Positions 60,025-70,833 of a DNA stretch of 248,000 bases are shown here, piece by piece (the stretch's first letter is position 1; the number at the start of each line of letters is the position of its first letter). Below the pieces are notes generated by a model. It searched no databases. It saw only the letters and a program-made list of their open reading frames with translations, and was not told the DNA's origin. The stretch is from Hyalangium minutum (lineage in GTDB: Bacteria > Myxococcota > Myxococcia > Myxococcales > Myxococcaceae). The stretch covers positions 20,001 to 268,000 of the forward strand of contig NZ_JMCB01000013.1 of the NCBI RefSeq assembly GCF_000737315.1, read 5' to 3'. Made by a program: the position numbers and the translations under genes.

Positions 60025-61107
60025 TCAGCGCGACGTGAAGGGCTTCACGTCGGTCTCGATGGAGTTCTGGAGCTTGCGGATGGCGACCTGCGCGGCCTCG
60101 ATCTCGTCCGCCGCGTTCGGATTCTTGATGGACTCGCGGAACGGCTCGGGGATCTTCGCGAGCGCCTCAATGGCGGCGGTGATCTCCTGGCGGATGCGGG
60201 CGTCGACCTCGGGCTTCTCGGACTTCACCAGCGCCGACAGCGTGTGCTCGCTCGGGGTCGCGCCCGGCAGGCGGCCCAGGTAGACGTTCTCCACACTGCG
60301 GATGTTGTTGGAGAAGTCAGACAGCGAGTTGTAGGCGAACTGGCTCTCCACCAGCTCCGGATCCTTCGCGTCGTACGGGTCGGCGATCTTCCCGTTCGCC
60401 ACCTCGTCCAGGATGTTGATCATGCCGCCGACCATCTCCTGGGCCGCGGTCTCCACGGAGGGATAGGCGGTGTTGCCCGCCGTGCCCGCTCCGGCCAGCA
60501 CGTCCCGGTACGGCAGGCGGCCGTCCACGGACTGGGTCCACGCGTTCGACAGCGCGGCGCCGATGTTCTTCAGCTCGGCGGAGATGGCCTTCAGGTAGTC
60601 GAACTGGCGCTGGTTGAAGTCCGACACCTTCTTGGTGCGGCCCTCGTCGAAGAGGAGGTACTCCATCGTGTGGAAGCCCTTCTGCGTCTCCTGGAGGGTG
60701 CTCACGTAGCCCGGGGTGAAGTCGTCATTGCTGGCCAGGACCGCGTCCAGGTCCGAGCGGTTCACCGGCCAGCTGTCCAGCGCCGGGTCGTAGCCGTACG
60801 AGTCCACGGGTCCGAACAGGAAGCCCTCGCTCTGCTCCCAGGGCGTGCGCGCGGCGAACCAGGCCTCCTGGGCCGCGGTGAGCTTCGCCTGAGTGGGATC
60901 GGCGATGAGTGCATTCACCGCCACATCCAGCGCGTTCAGCCGCGTGGACAGCTGCTGGTAGGTGGGTACCACCACGTCATCCGCGAGGTGGTTGATGATC
61001 TGCGGATCGAACGCGTGCTGGGACTGCTCTCCGTCATCGGCGCAGGCGGACAGCGCCAGCGCGCCGGCGAGGGTGAGGACACGGAAGGGGAGACGGGTGA
61101 GCTTCAT
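60025..61107 (-). CDS. Imelysin family lipoprotein (IrpA/IcmP-like)
   Basis: Lipobox LSAC; LDSWP; GFHTMEYLLF. Confidence 0.88.
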   Translation of the reverse strand: MKLTRLPFRVLTLAGALALSACADDGEQSQHAFDPQIINHLADDVVVPTYQQLSTRLNALDVAVNALIADPTQAKLTAAQEAWFAARTPWEQSEGFLFGPVDSYGYDPALDSWPVNRSDLDAVLASNDDFTPGYVSTLQETQKGFHTMEYLLFDEGRTKKVSDFNQRQFDYLKAISAELKNIGAALSNAWTQSVDGRLPYRDVLAGAGTAGNTAYPSVETAAQEMVGGMINILDEVANGKIADPYDAKDPELVESQFAYNSLSDFSNNIRSVENVYLGRLPGATPSEHTLSALVKSEKPEVDARIRQEITAAIEALAKIPEPFRESIKNPNAADEIEAAQVAIRKLQNSIETDVKPFTSR

Positions 61108-61134
61108 GTGAGGAACCTCCTGGGAGCGGTGAAG

Positions 61135-62547
61135 TCAGTAAGAGAAGCCGGTGGAGACACGGACTGTGTTCTCCGGACGGAAGCGTGAGGAGTCGCCGAG
61201 GCGGCGGTGGCTGAAGTCGAGCTTCCCGAAGCCCATTCCCGCCAGGGTGTACGCCGCGCCGACCGTGTAGATGGAGCGTTCAAAGCGCGCGTTGTCGAAG
61301 AGCTCCGTGCGCGGTTTCACAATCGAGTCCGCGTAGTCGAAGCGGACGTAGGGCTCGAGCCGGTGGGCCTCGCTCAGTCCCAGGCGCGGGGCGATGTCGA
61401 AGCCCAGCTCGGCCCAGACGGCCAGTGCGTGGTCGGCCACGGGCGTGCGCGGCACGTTGAGAAAGTTGGACAGACGCGCGTTGCGCGCGGAGATGGCCCC
61501 CGCGTTCTGCAAGTAGCCCCACATCGCCAGCGCCTTGGCGCGCCACGGGCCCTGCTCCAGCGACAGGTGCGCGTCCAGCAGCAGCAGCGGCGCGGACACA
61601 TAGCCGCAGGGCGCCACGTCACGCGGGTTGCCGTCCTCGCACAGCTTCAGGAGGTCCGGCTTGGGACGGTTGCGCGTCGAGTCCCCGTAGTACCCCGAAG
61701 CCCCGAAGACGAGCCCGTCGAAGCGGGTGACGTCCGCACGCAGCACGGCGGCGAGGTCCGTCGCGCGGACCATCTCGAAGCGGCGCTGGTGCCCCTCGGC
61801 CACCCAGCGCTGCGAGCTGAAGGCGGTGGAGTCCAGCCCGTTCACCACCTGCGCCGTGAGCTGCATGCCGCCCACCTTCGCGACGGCCTGCAGCCCCATC
61901 TCGTCCCACGTGTTGGGGATGATCAGCGTCTCGGCCTCCGAGCGGATCGTCCCCAGGTACTGGGTCGGGCGGTAGAACGCGCTCAGCGTCCCCACCGCCA
62001 CGTAGAAGCGCCCGAGCGACACGGCGAAGTGCTCGCCGAACTCCTTCTTCAGGTAGAGCTCCTCGATGAGGACCTCGCCGCCCTTGTCCACCTCTTGCTC
62101 GAACTCGCCGAACTCCTCGTACTCGAGCTCCATCGCCGAGCCGGTGCCGCCGTGCTCGAACTCCACCTCCACCTCGGCCTCGATCCCGTACTCGGGCAGG
62201 CCGCCCTCCACTTCCAGCACCACCCGCGTCGTGTCGAACGTCAGCCGCGAGTCCTTCTGTGCGCCGCCCTCGCGGTTCTGGTTCAGCCCGTGGTTGTAGT
62301 AGGCGAACTGCAGATCCGCGTACCCGCCGACCGCCACCTTCAGCTTCGGGCGCTTCTTCTTGTGCTCGTCCTCCTCGTCCTCGTCCCGGTCCTCGTCCTT
62401 GTGGACCTTGGCCTGACGGTACTCCTGGGCCTCGCGGCGCTCCTGGGCTTCCTTCTCTTCCTCCTCGCGCTCCTCGGCGCGGGAGACGAAGGGCGAGAAC
62501 AGGGTGACGGCACACAGCAGGGCGGAGAAGAGGATGGAGGGGCGCAT
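61135..62547 (-). CDS. Outer-membrane porin-type protein of the imelysin operon
   Basis: Signal peptide, EVEFEHGG, alternating beta-strands, C-terminal aromatic residue. Confidence 0.75.
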   Translation of the reverse strand: MRPSILFSALLCAVTLFSPFVSRAEEREEEEKEAQERREAQEYRQAKVHKDEDRDEDEEDEHKKKRPKLKVAVGGYADLQFAYYNHGLNQNREGGAQKDSRLTFDTTRVVLEVEGGLPEYGIEAEVEVEFEHGGTGSAMELEYEEFGEFEQEVDKGGEVLIEELYLKKEFGEHFAVSLGRFYVAVGTLSAFYRPTQYLGTIRSEAETLIIPNTWDEMGLQAVAKVGGMQLTAQVVNGLDSTAFSSQRWVAEGHQRRFEMVRATDLAAVLRADVTRFDGLVFGASGYYGDSTRNRPKPDLLKLCEDGNPRDVAPCGYVSAPLLLLDAHLSLEQGPWRAKALAMWGYLQNAGAISARNARLSNFLNVPRTPVADHALAVWAELGFDIAPRLGLSEAHRLEPYVRFDYADSIVKPRTELFDNARFERSIYTVGAAYTLAGMGFGKLDFSHRRLGDSSRFRPENTVRVSTGFSY

Positions 62548-62574
62548 CGATCGGCGCGCACCCTAGCCAGGAAG

Positions 62575-62603
62575 AATTTGATTTTGCAAATCGGAATCAA
62601 TTT
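62575..62603. promoter_or_regulatory. AT-rich dyad, candidate Fur-type box
   Basis: AATTTGATTTTGCAAATCGGAATCAATTT (TTGATT..AATCAA dyad) directly upstream of an iron-uptake-type operon. Confidence 0.45.
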
Positions 62604-62675
62604 GAGCGCAAAAAGCTCCCCCTGTAGCGGGGGAGCAGGGGAGCGAGGCCTACAGCAGGCAGCCGAGCGAGGCGG

Positions 62676-63569
62676 CTACCACTTGAGCTCTTCCTTGCCC
62701 TGGGCGCGCTTCTCCTTTTCACCAGGGCGCGAGTAGGCAGTGAGGGTGGCGCGCACGGCGCCCAGGTCGATGGTGCCCACGGCGACCAGGGGCAGGCGGC
62801 GCGCGTCGTCGGAGATCCACACGTGGATCTCGCGCTTCTGGCTGGGCCGATCCAGACGGACTGCGGTGCCGGTGAGGTACCAGGCGTCGAACTGGCCCAC
62901 GGGCAGCGAGACGCGCTCGCGCTTCACCACCGTGCCGTTCAGCCGCCACAGCCGGCGGATGCCATACACGTCGAAGCAGAGGGGCAGGCCCTCCTTCATG
63001 GGCAGCTGGCGCATGAGGTAGATGGCGCCCGCCACGTCCAAGCCGTCCTTGTCATAGGTGTAGTTGAAGTGGCCGGCTCGCTGGCCCATGACGAAGTCCA
63101 CCTTCACGGAGCGATCCTTGGCGCCGAAGGCCACGTCCACCTTGCGGCGGACCTCGTTCTCGGTGGCGTCCTCGGTGTAGCGCGAGGGCCGCAGCGTCTT
63201 CGGGTGGAGGTAGCTGGTCCCCACGCCCTGCACCCGGCGCACCTTGGAGAAGAAGGTGTTGGTCTGCGCCTCGATGGACACCGGCAGGGTGCCCTTCTCG
63301 GGGCGCTGGACGCGCATGGTCATCTTTCCGGCCTGGGCACCCAGCGCGTCCAGATCGAACTCGAGCTGCTCGCCAGGCATGAAGGCGATGGGCGTGTACA
63401 GCGCGGGCAGCGCGGCAGGGCACGCGGGCACGGGGGCGGCGGGCTCCGCCGGCGGAGCGGTGTCCTGGCCTACGGGCACCTCCTGGCCCTGAGGCTCGGG
63501 GCCGTCGGGCACCTGAGCGAAGGCGGCGGATGCGGCGAGGGCGAGGCAAGCCACGAGAACGTTGCGCAT
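62676..63569 (-). CDS. DUF3108 domain protein
   Basis: F.PGE.L.F..G..AG..; W.SDD.RRLP. Confidence 0.75.
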   Translation of the reverse strand: MRNVLVACLALAASAAFAQVPDGPEPQGQEVPVGQDTAPPAEPAAPVPACPAALPALYTPIAFMPGEQLEFDLDALGAQAGKMTMRVQRPEKGTLPVSIEAQTNTFFSKVRRVQGVGTSYLHPKTLRPSRYTEDATENEVRRKVDVAFGAKDRSVKVDFVMGQRAGHFNYTYDKDGLDVAGAIYLMRQLPMKEGLPLCFDVYGIRRLWRLNGTVVKRERVSLPVGQFDAWYLTGTAVRLDRPSQKREIHVWISDDARRLPLVAVGTIDLGAVRATLTAYSRPGEKEKRAQGKEELKW

Positions 63570-63613
63570 GGAGGTCATCCGTCTTTGGGAGATGGGCGGA
63601 GCAGCGGGTGGTT

Positions 63614-65281
63614 TCAACGTCGGACGCCAGGACGCTTCGCATATTCGGAGGCGTCCCAGCGCTTGCGCAGTTGGGCTGTCAGGTTGTGTCGGACCTGCTC
63701 CCATGTTGCGACATTCTGTTCAATTTCATAGCCCGAGCGGGCGAGCCGCCGAGCGAAGGCCCGAGCGGGCTCCGCGTCCCCAAGCCGGGCGAGCAGGTGC
63801 AGGTACTCATAGTCTTCGAGCCCATCGCGGATGTGCTTGAGGCGCAAGGACACCACGGGTTGTGGCTCCTTTGTCCCGAGGCGCTCCGGCGTGCCGGGAT
63901 AGAAGAGGGTGCCGTCGCCGTTGCCGCCGAACTCGAAGACGCCCTGCCATGGATCCTGCGTGTTGTAGGCGTAGACGGTGTCGAAATAGAGCTCGCCGTC
64001 CACACCGGTGAGGAAGGCCAGCGGCCCCATGCTGCGGTTGAGCGGGGCAGGGTGGTCCACCATATAGGAGGCCCAGCCGGTATAGGCGCGCTCCACCGCC
64101 GGATCCTCGGCGGGGCCGCCGGTGCAGCCATGGGAGTTGCAGCTCTGGTACCACCACACCCGCGTCCCGGAGCGCAGCTTCGAGCGCAGCTTGGAGAGGG
64201 GCACCACGTTCGGGCACGTCTCCAGCTCCCAGCGAGGGAAGAAGCAGTTGAGCGTGGGCGCGAGGATGTCCGCGCTGCTCTGAATGCCATCATGCAGCGC
64301 CGAAGTGACGAGCACCGGGATGTCCTTGCCTGCAGCCTTCACCCGAGAGGCCTGCGTGCGCACCAAGGCCATCTCCTCCGGCTTCGGCTCGTCTTTGGCG
64401 TAGAAGAAGAGCTGCGCGGACCAGCCCTTGCTGCGGAAATGCTCGGCGAAGGCGCGGTAGTACGCCACCTTCTCCTGCTCGGTCTTGCACTGCGAAGAGT
64501 CGCGCACGTCGGCGGTGGTGAAGCGGGCCCCCGAGGGCAGCGCGGTTCCTTCGAAGAACGGCGCCATCTCCTCGTCATACGCGCTGAAGTCCACCACCGC
64601 GCGGCCGTCCTCGAAGCGCACCGGCGGCGCGTTCATGCTCATGCCGTACGCGCTCAGGCGGTGCTGCAGCAGGGCCTTCCCGTAGGCGCGCAGCAGCGTC
64701 ATCGCCTCGGGAGACTCCGGAGCGAGCTTGTGCCCCCGGGCGATGCTGTAGAGCGAGATGCCAAAGCTCGTGGGCAGCGAGGACGTGGCGGGCAGCGCGA
64801 AGGGCTGGACCTCCACCGTGAAGGGCACTGGCGCCACCGCGCCATCGTCCGCCTTCACGCTCAGCTCACCCCGGTAGGTGCCCGGCTTCTGCTCCGTGGG
64901 CGCGCACACCTCCACGTAGAGCACAGCGGGCAGCTTGGGGTCTCCGGGCACGTTCACGGGCAGCAGTGGATCCGGCCAGAACCCCTTCGCTCCCATGCTG
65001 TTGGAGGGCGTCTTCACCTCGATGAAGCCCTCGCGCCACAGCGAGGCGGAGAGCGCGGAGCCCGGCCCCTTGAGCGTGAGCGGCTTCGCCGTCACCTGGC
65101 GGACGTTGCCGGGGAGGACCACCTGCGTGCCCTCGCACTCGCCTCGGGCCAGGCTCAGCTGGGCCTCGGTGGAGCCCTTGAGCGTGACGCCCGGCCGCAC
65201 CTTCACCAGCGGAGACACCACCTTCGGCCCCGGAGATGCCGCCAGGGCCGCCATCACCACCCACGCCCATCCCGCTCCCAT
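63614..65281 (-). CDS. DUF4091 domain protein (putative glycoside hydrolase)
   Basis: LARGECEG, DEP, GNGDGTLFYPG, SLRLKHIRDGLEDYEYL. Confidence 0.78.
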   Translation of the reverse strand: MGAGWAWVVMAALAASPGPKVVSPLVKVRPGVTLKGSTEAQLSLARGECEGTQVVLPGNVRQVTAKPLTLKGPGSALSASLWREGFIEVKTPSNSMGAKGFWPDPLLPVNVPGDPKLPAVLYVEVCAPTEQKPGTYRGELSVKADDGAVAPVPFTVEVQPFALPATSSLPTSFGISLYSIARGHKLAPESPEAMTLLRAYGKALLQHRLSAYGMSMNAPPVRFEDGRAVVDFSAYDEEMAPFFEGTALPSGARFTTADVRDSSQCKTEQEKVAYYRAFAEHFRSKGWSAQLFFYAKDEPKPEEMALVRTQASRVKAAGKDIPVLVTSALHDGIQSSADILAPTLNCFFPRWELETCPNVVPLSKLRSKLRSGTRVWWYQSCNSHGCTGGPAEDPAVERAYTGWASYMVDHPAPLNRSMGPLAFLTGVDGELYFDTVYAYNTQDPWQGVFEFGGNGDGTLFYPGTPERLGTKEPQPVVSLRLKHIRDGLEDYEYLHLLARLGDAEPARAFARRLARSGYEIEQNVATWEQVRHNLTAQLRKRWDASEYAKRPGVRR

Positions 65282-65311
65282 ATCTCCACCTTCCGCGGCC
65301 AGGCCGCCCGT

Positions 65312-66094
65312 CTAGTCGTTCATCGCCATCATGCGGCCCTGCTTGTACTCGGCGAGGTCCGCCACAATGGTTCCCAGCACGAAGTCCGCCTCGATGCGCA
65401 CGGGCAGGTGGCTGCGGTCCGTCGTCAGGTAGGCCACGATGTCGCGTTTGGCCTGCAGTCCACCGGCGAACTCCGTCTGGAGCTTCAGGCGGAAGACCTC
65501 CCGCTCGCCCAGCGCCGTCTTCAGCATCTGCCGGCCTTCCACCTTGGCCTTCAGCATGAAGTGCTTCGAGCCCGTGAACACCGGATAGATGTACTCCTGG
65601 CCGTCCTGGATACCCCGGCTGCGCAGTGCGAACGTCGCGCCTGCGAGATCCATGGCACCCTCGGGCAGCTCGTGGGTGGCCTCCACGGGGGCGGCGCCCT
65701 CCTTCTGCCGGACGACGTGCGCGGTGCGCGTGTCCTTCATCTGGATGCGCTGGCGGCGGCGCTTGTTGTTCTCGTCCACGAAGAAGTCACTGCCCACCGA
65801 GCGCTGCCCCTCCTCGTGCCAGTACGAGACGAACTTATCCTTGATGGGCCACACGCCGACGACCGGGTCCGTCTTGGCCAGCGACACGATGGGCCACACC
65901 TGTTGGCCCCACTGCTTCATGGGCGCACCCACGGTGATCTGCGCCGTGCCCGCCGTCACCCCCAGGTACTGCACGCGATAGAGCGCCTGCTCTCCGGGCG
66001 CGAACGCCGGAGTCTCTGCCTGCGCCAGGGCGACACTGGAAAACATCATCCCGGACAGCAGGCCCATGAAGGCACCCTTGAACCGCGTCTGCAT
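65312..66094 (-). CDS. DUF3108 domain protein
   Basis: FAPGEQALY..LGVTAG; TTDRSHLPVRI. Confidence 0.78.
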   Translation of the reverse strand: MQTRFKGAFMGLLSGMMFSSVALAQAETPAFAPGEQALYRVQYLGVTAGTAQITVGAPMKQWGQQVWPIVSLAKTDPVVGVWPIKDKFVSYWHEEGQRSVGSDFFVDENNKRRRQRIQMKDTRTAHVVRQKEGAAPVEATHELPEGAMDLAGATFALRSRGIQDGQEYIYPVFTGSKHFMLKAKVEGRQMLKTALGEREVFRLKLQTEFAGGLQAKRDIVAYLTTDRSHLPVRIEADFVLGTIVADLAEYKQGRMMAMND

Positions 66095-66356
66095 ATTGGA
66101 CTCCCAAGGTAGGTAGCCGGACTTCCTGCCGCCAAGGTGCCCCATCCAATCCCTTCCCACTGGCGTGCAATTCCCTGGACGCGCGCACCCCCCCACCATT
66201 CAAAGGCGAGCACTCCCTGGGTAGGCAAGAGTCGCACAGACGCGCCAAGAGTGCCTACCCCCCCATCTACCGAGCGTGGAGCCAAGGGCGCGGCACTGCT
66301 AGCGTGGGCCTCACGGGATGCGGTGCGCCGCAACCCCGCAGAGGAGAGTGGACTCC

Positions 66357-66572
66357 ATGCAGGACTACGGCAGCTTCGACGACGACGACGACAAGAAGGG
66401 CAAGGGCAAGTCGGGCAAGGCCATCAAGGACTGGGACTGTCCCACGTGCGAGGCCAACAACCCGACGGATGAGCCCATCAGCAACAGCTCGGAACTGCGC
66501 TGCAACTACTGCGGCAACGAGTTCACGGTGTCTTTCAGCGACACCGGCAAGATGAAGTTCAAGGAAATATAG
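66357..66572 (+). CDS. Small Zn-ribbon protein
   Basis: WDCPTCEANN..CNYC. Confidence 0.65.
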   Translation: MQDYGSFDDDDDKKGKGKSGKAIKDWDCPTCEANNPTDEPISNSSELRCNYCGNEFTVSFSDTGKMKFKEI

Positions 66573-66584
66573 AGCGCTCGGCGC

Positions 66585-67250
66585 TTACGACCGCTCGCCA
66601 AAGATGGCGGTGCCCACGCGCACCAGCGTGGCACCCTCTTCGATGGCGAGCTCGAAGTCGTGCGTCGTCCCCATGGACAGGCCCGCGAGCCCGTGCGCGC
66701 GGGCCAGCTCGCGCAGTTGCCGGAAGTAGCCGCGCGCCTGCTCCAGGTTCTCCGTGGGCGGAGGGAGCGCCATCAGCCCCTCCATTCGCAGGCCGGGCAG
66801 GGCACGCACCGCCTCCAGGAACGGCCCCAGCGCCTCGGGCTGCAGCCCGCTCTTGGTCTGCTCGCCGCCCACGTTCACCTCGGCATAGCAGGCCAAGGGA
66901 GCGTCGGCCCGGCGCTTGGAGAGCTCCTGCGCCACCTCCAGCCTGTCCAGCGCGTGGAAGGCGTGGGCCACCTTGGTCACGTACTTCACCTTGTTCGTCT
67001 GCAGCGGCCCGATGGAGTGCCAGCGCAGGCCCTCCAGGCCCGCCAGCTCTGCGGCCTTGTCCCGCAGCTCCTGCGCGTAGTTCTCCCCGAAGTCGCGCTG
67101 GCCCGCCTCGTACGCCTCGCGGATCAGCGCCGCGGGCTTGAGCTTGGACACCGCCACCAGCGTCACCGACTCCACCGGGCGCCCCGCGCGTGCGCACGCC
67201 GCGGCCACCCGGGTACGAATCTGAGACAGCCGCTCCGCCACTTCGCTCAT
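66585..67250 (-). CDS. yggS: YggS/PLPBP pyridoxal phosphate homeostasis protein
   Basis: [38 protein letters not shown]. Confidence 0.93.
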   Translation of the reverse strand: MSEVAERLSQIRTRVAAACARAGRPVESVTLVAVSKLKPAALIREAYEAGQRDFGENYAQELRDKAAELAGLEGLRWHSIGPLQTNKVKYVTKVAHAFHALDRLEVAQELSKRRADAPLACYAEVNVGGEQTKSGLQPEALGPFLEAVRALPGLRMEGLMALPPPTENLEQARGYFRQLRELARAHGLAGLSMGTTHDFELAIEEGATLVRVGTAIFGERS

Positions 67251-67843
67251 GGACCCCTCCAGGGCGTGGGAACGCCCGCGCGCATCAGGAGCTCGAGAGT
67301 TTCCCCCAGCGGTAGGCCGATGACGTTGGTCGGGCTGCCCTCGATGCCGGAGACGAGGAAGCTGCCCTTTCCCTGCATTCCGTAGGCCCCTGCCTTGTCC
67401 AGGGGCTCGCCGGTGTTCGCGTACCAGTCGATCTCCCCGGCGGACAGTGTCCGGAACGTGACGCCGGTGCGCACCACCATCGACTCCTGGGCTCTGCCGG
67501 CCAGTGCTACACCCGTGTAGACGGCGTGGGTGCGGCCAGAGAGTTGGGTGAGCATCTCCCGGGCCTCGGTGGGGCTGGAGGGCTTTCCGAGCAGCTCGGT
67601 GCCCAGGGCCACGGTGGTGTCGGCCGCCAGCACCCAGGTACCTGGGAAGCGCTCGGCCACGGTTCGGGCCTTCTCCCGGGCCAGTCGGAGCACGTAGACG
67701 TCGGCGGCCTCTCCCGGAAGGGGGGTCTCGTCGATGTCCGCGGCTGCGATTGTGAAGCGCAGCCCCAACTGGGAGAGCAGATCCCGCCGCCGGGGCGAGG
67801 CGGAAGCAAGGACGAGGGACGTAGATTCCTCTAGAGTGGGCAT
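67247..67843 (-). CDS. maf: Maf family nucleotide pyrophosphatase
   Basis: [23 protein letters not shown]. Confidence 0.92.
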   Translation of the reverse strand: MPTLEESTSLVLASASPRRRDLLSQLGLRFTIAAADIDETPLPGEAADVYVLRLAREKARTVAERFPGTWVLAADTTVALGTELLGKPSSPTEAREMLTQLSGRTHAVYTGVALAGRAQESMVVRTGVTFRTLSAGEIDWYANTGEPLDKAGAYGMQGKGSFLVSGIEGSPTNVIGLPLGETLELLMRAGVPTPWRGP

Positions 67844-67894
67844 GGTGGAAGGCCTGAAGCCCTTAGCAGAACTGCGCCTCGGAGTGGACTCCCG

Positions 67895-68977
67895 ATGAAC
67901 CCCGCGGATCTCCTGTCAGCCATGAAGCGGACGGTGGAGCAGCTGGCCGCGTTCAACGAGATCGCCAAGGCGCTCACCTCCACGCTCGAGCTGAAGGAGG
68001 TGCTCAACCTCGTGATGCAGAAGGTGAGTGACCTGCTCCAGCCGCGCAACTGGTCGCTCATCCTCCTGGACGAGAACACCGGCAAGCTCTCCTTCGAGGT
68101 GGCCGTCGGCGAGGGAGCCGAGGCCCTCAAGAATCTCCAGATCCTCCCGGGCGAGGGCATCGCCGGCACGGTGTACTCCACGGGCCGGGCGCGCCTGGTG
68201 GATGACGTGGGCGGCGATCCCGCCTTTGCCCCGCGCTTCGATCAGGCCTCCGCCTTCCGCACGCGCTCCATCCTGGCCGTGCCCCTCATCGCCCGCGGGC
68301 GGGTGCTCGGCGTCATCGAGCTGGTGAACGGCCCGAGGGATCCGCCGTTCTCCCAGGACGACCTGACCACGCTCACGGCCATCGCGGACTACGCGGCCAT
68401 TGCCATCGAGAACGCGCGCAACTTCCGCCGGGTGCAGGAGCTGACGATCACCGACGAGCACACCGGCTGCTACAACGCGCGGCACCTGCGCGCGCAGCTG
68501 GATCACGAGGTGCGGCGCTCGCAGCGCTTCCACCACCCGCTGTCGTTGGTGTTCCTGGATCTGGATCACTTCAAGGCCGTCAACGACACCCACGGGCACC
68601 TGGTGGGCAGCGCGCTGCTGAAGGAGGTGGGGGAGTTGCTGATCGCCTCCACGCGCCAGCTGGATCTGGTGTTCCGCTACGGCGGCGACGAGTTCGCGCT
68701 TCTGTTGGTGGAGACGGCTCCCGAGGGCGCGATGACCATCGCCACGCGCATCCGCGATGCGTTCCGCGCCCGTCGCTTCATGCAGTCCCATGGACTGGAG
68801 ATCCGGCTGACGGCGAGCCTGGGGGTGGCCACGTTCCCGGACCATGCGCGCTCCGCCACGGATTTGGTCCGAGCGGCCGACTTCGCCATGTACGCCGCCA
68901 AGGCCCAGGGCCGGAACGAGGTGTGCCTCGCCGAGCGCCTGTCCTCGGATCCCAGCGTGACACCGCCCACACGCTGA
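67895..68977 (+). CDS. GAF-GGDEF diguanylate cyclase
   Basis: GAF domain; [10 protein letters not shown]; intact RYGGDEF. Confidence 0.92.
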   Translation: MNPADLLSAMKRTVEQLAAFNEIAKALTSTLELKEVLNLVMQKVSDLLQPRNWSLILLDENTGKLSFEVAVGEGAEALKNLQILPGEGIAGTVYSTGRARLVDDVGGDPAFAPRFDQASAFRTRSILAVPLIARGRVLGVIELVNGPRDPPFSQDDLTTLTAIADYAAIAIENARNFRRVQELTITDEHTGCYNARHLRAQLDHEVRRSQRFHHPLSLVFLDLDHFKAVNDTHGHLVGSALLKEVGELLIASTRQLDLVFRYGGDEFALLLVETAPEGAMTIATRIRDAFRARRFMQSHGLEIRLTASLGVATFPDHARSATDLVRAADFAMYAAKAQGRNEVCLAERLSSDPSVTPPTR

Positions 68978-69088
68978 GTGTGGAAATCCCTAAGGCTGTC
69001 CTCTGAAGAACAGAAGCGTCAGCGCGCACCGATACTCTTTCGGGCAGGCTGGGGATTCCCCCTTGTCCGGCACCGAATGCGCGCATCC

Positions 69089-70744
69089 ATGGAACTCAAC
69101 TACGACGTCAAGAAGATCGAGATCAAACGACGGATCGCCGAGTGGGCTCGGCGGCCAGACTCTGACTTCACGCGCTTTCAGATCACGCGTCAGCAGGCGA
69201 TTGATCTCACCTGGGAGACCAGTGGAAGGCTCGTGTTCCCGTGGGATCCGGAATACGACCCGCTGCGCGCGGTAGCATACGTGAACTTCGAGAACGTTCG
69301 CCCGGCGGCCATCGGCGTCTGCGAGACGATGCACGACGTGCGGGCCTTCATGCGCTTCATCCGCGCACAGCGTGAGGTGAATCCGTCCTTCCGCTGGGTG
69401 CCTCGCTCTGGCGGGCACAGCACGGCGGGCTACTGCACCGTCGAGGGCGGGCTCATGCTGGACGTGCGCGGCCTGAATGACGTCTTCGTCCAGCCGCAGC
69501 GCAAGCTCGTGCACGTCGGCCCGGGCGTGCAGATGCGGGACTTCTACCGCGCCACGTATCCGTATGGCCTGTTCGCTCCGGCCGCCATCTGCCCGGATGT
69601 CCGCGTCGGCGGCATGATGCAGGGCGGTGGGTTCGGCTTCGCCTCGCGCATGTTCGGGATGAACTGCGACGCGGTGAGCGAGGTAGAGCTGGTGCTGGCC
69701 GATGGCCGCCCGGTGATTGCCAACGAGCTGAACAACCGCGATCTCTTCTGGGCGGTGCGCGGCGGCACGGGCAACCAGTTCGGCATCCTGACGCGGGTGA
69801 GCTACCGGCTCTCGCAGCTCTCCGAGGTGGGCGCCGTCCTGCTGCAGTTCAACCTGGGCACGGACGCGGAGGCGGCCCAGGGCGCCGCGGCGCTGGATCT
69901 GCTGCAGCGCAAGTTCATGGGCTCCAACCACGACCGCCGCCTGGGCTACCTGTGCGTCATCCAGCACGGTCCCAACTGGGCGGGCCCTTACCTGCTCGTG
70001 CGCGTGATGTACCGCGGCGACACGAGCGTGTGGCGCCAGATGCTGGGCGAGCTCATCGCCATGCCCGGCTGCCAGATTCAATGGGAGGCCCGGGGCTCGT
70101 ACTACTCCATGAACAACAAGCTCATGGGCTACGCGCAGGAGCCGGACACGCTGGGCGATGAGCTCACCACGCTCGCGACGGTGCCTCCGCAGGAGAAGCA
70201 GACGCGCTACTACGAGCGGCCGCTGGGCGTAGCGGCGTGGCGCCAGATGGTGGACCACATCCGCAGCGCGGCGACGACGCTCGCGTTTGCTCCGCAGATG
70301 GTCATCGAGCCCGCGGGCGGCGCCATCAACGAGCGCAGCCGCGGCTTCAACGCGTACATCCACCGGCGCGCCGACTTCAACACGTACCTCAATACCTACT
70401 GGGACACGCCGGCGGAGAAGTCCAAGGCGTTTACCTTCATGGACCGGTGGCTGGAGATTGGCCGCCCGTTCAGCAACGGCGAGGCGTACCAGAACTACCC
70501 GAAGCCCTATTACACGAACTGGGCGCGGCGGTACTGGGCCGAGTACTACCCGGTGCTCTGCCTCATCAAGCGCAAGTACGACCCGACCAACGTCTTCAGC
70601 TTCGAGCAGAGCATCGGCGCGGATGGCCAGCTCGCCAGCAGCTCCATCGGCGATATCTCCGAGCTCGTCCCGGACATCGCCCGCGCCCTGCGCAAGCCCG
70701 TCGTCCTCCCGGAAGAGATGGAGGAGGAGGACAGCGTGGCCTGA
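69089..70744 (+). CDS. FAD-binding oxidoreductase (BBE-like)
   Basis: RSGGHS, GGGFG, DLFWAVRGG, AYQNY, KRKYDP.NVF. Confidence 0.88.
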   Translation: MELNYDVKKIEIKRRIAEWARRPDSDFTRFQITRQQAIDLTWETSGRLVFPWDPEYDPLRAVAYVNFENVRPAAIGVCETMHDVRAFMRFIRAQREVNPSFRWVPRSGGHSTAGYCTVEGGLMLDVRGLNDVFVQPQRKLVHVGPGVQMRDFYRATYPYGLFAPAAICPDVRVGGMMQGGGFGFASRMFGMNCDAVSEVELVLADGRPVIANELNNRDLFWAVRGGTGNQFGILTRVSYRLSQLSEVGAVLLQFNLGTDAEAAQGAAALDLLQRKFMGSNHDRRLGYLCVIQHGPNWAGPYLLVRVMYRGDTSVWRQMLGELIAMPGCQIQWEARGSYYSMNNKLMGYAQEPDTLGDELTTLATVPPQEKQTRYYERPLGVAAWRQMVDHIRSAATTLAFAPQMVIEPAGGAINERSRGFNAYIHRRADFNTYLNTYWDTPAEKSKAFTFMDRWLEIGRPFSNGEAYQNYPKPYYTNWARRYWAEYYPVLCLIKRKYDPTNVFSFEQSIGADGQLASSSIGDISELVPDIARALRKPVVLPEEMEEEDSVA

Positions 70745-70774
70745 GGCCGCTCGAGGCCTGTTGCTTCGGACAAT

Positions 70775-70813
70775 AAAAAAGCCCGGTGGCGGCAGGGCCG
70801 CACCACCGGGCTT
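70775..70813 (-). terminator. Intrinsic terminator between convergent genes
   Basis: AAGCCCGGTGG..CCACCGGGCTT stem with adjacent A-run. Confidence 0.7.
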
Positions 70814-70833
70814 CCCGCGCGAGCGGGGAGGAA

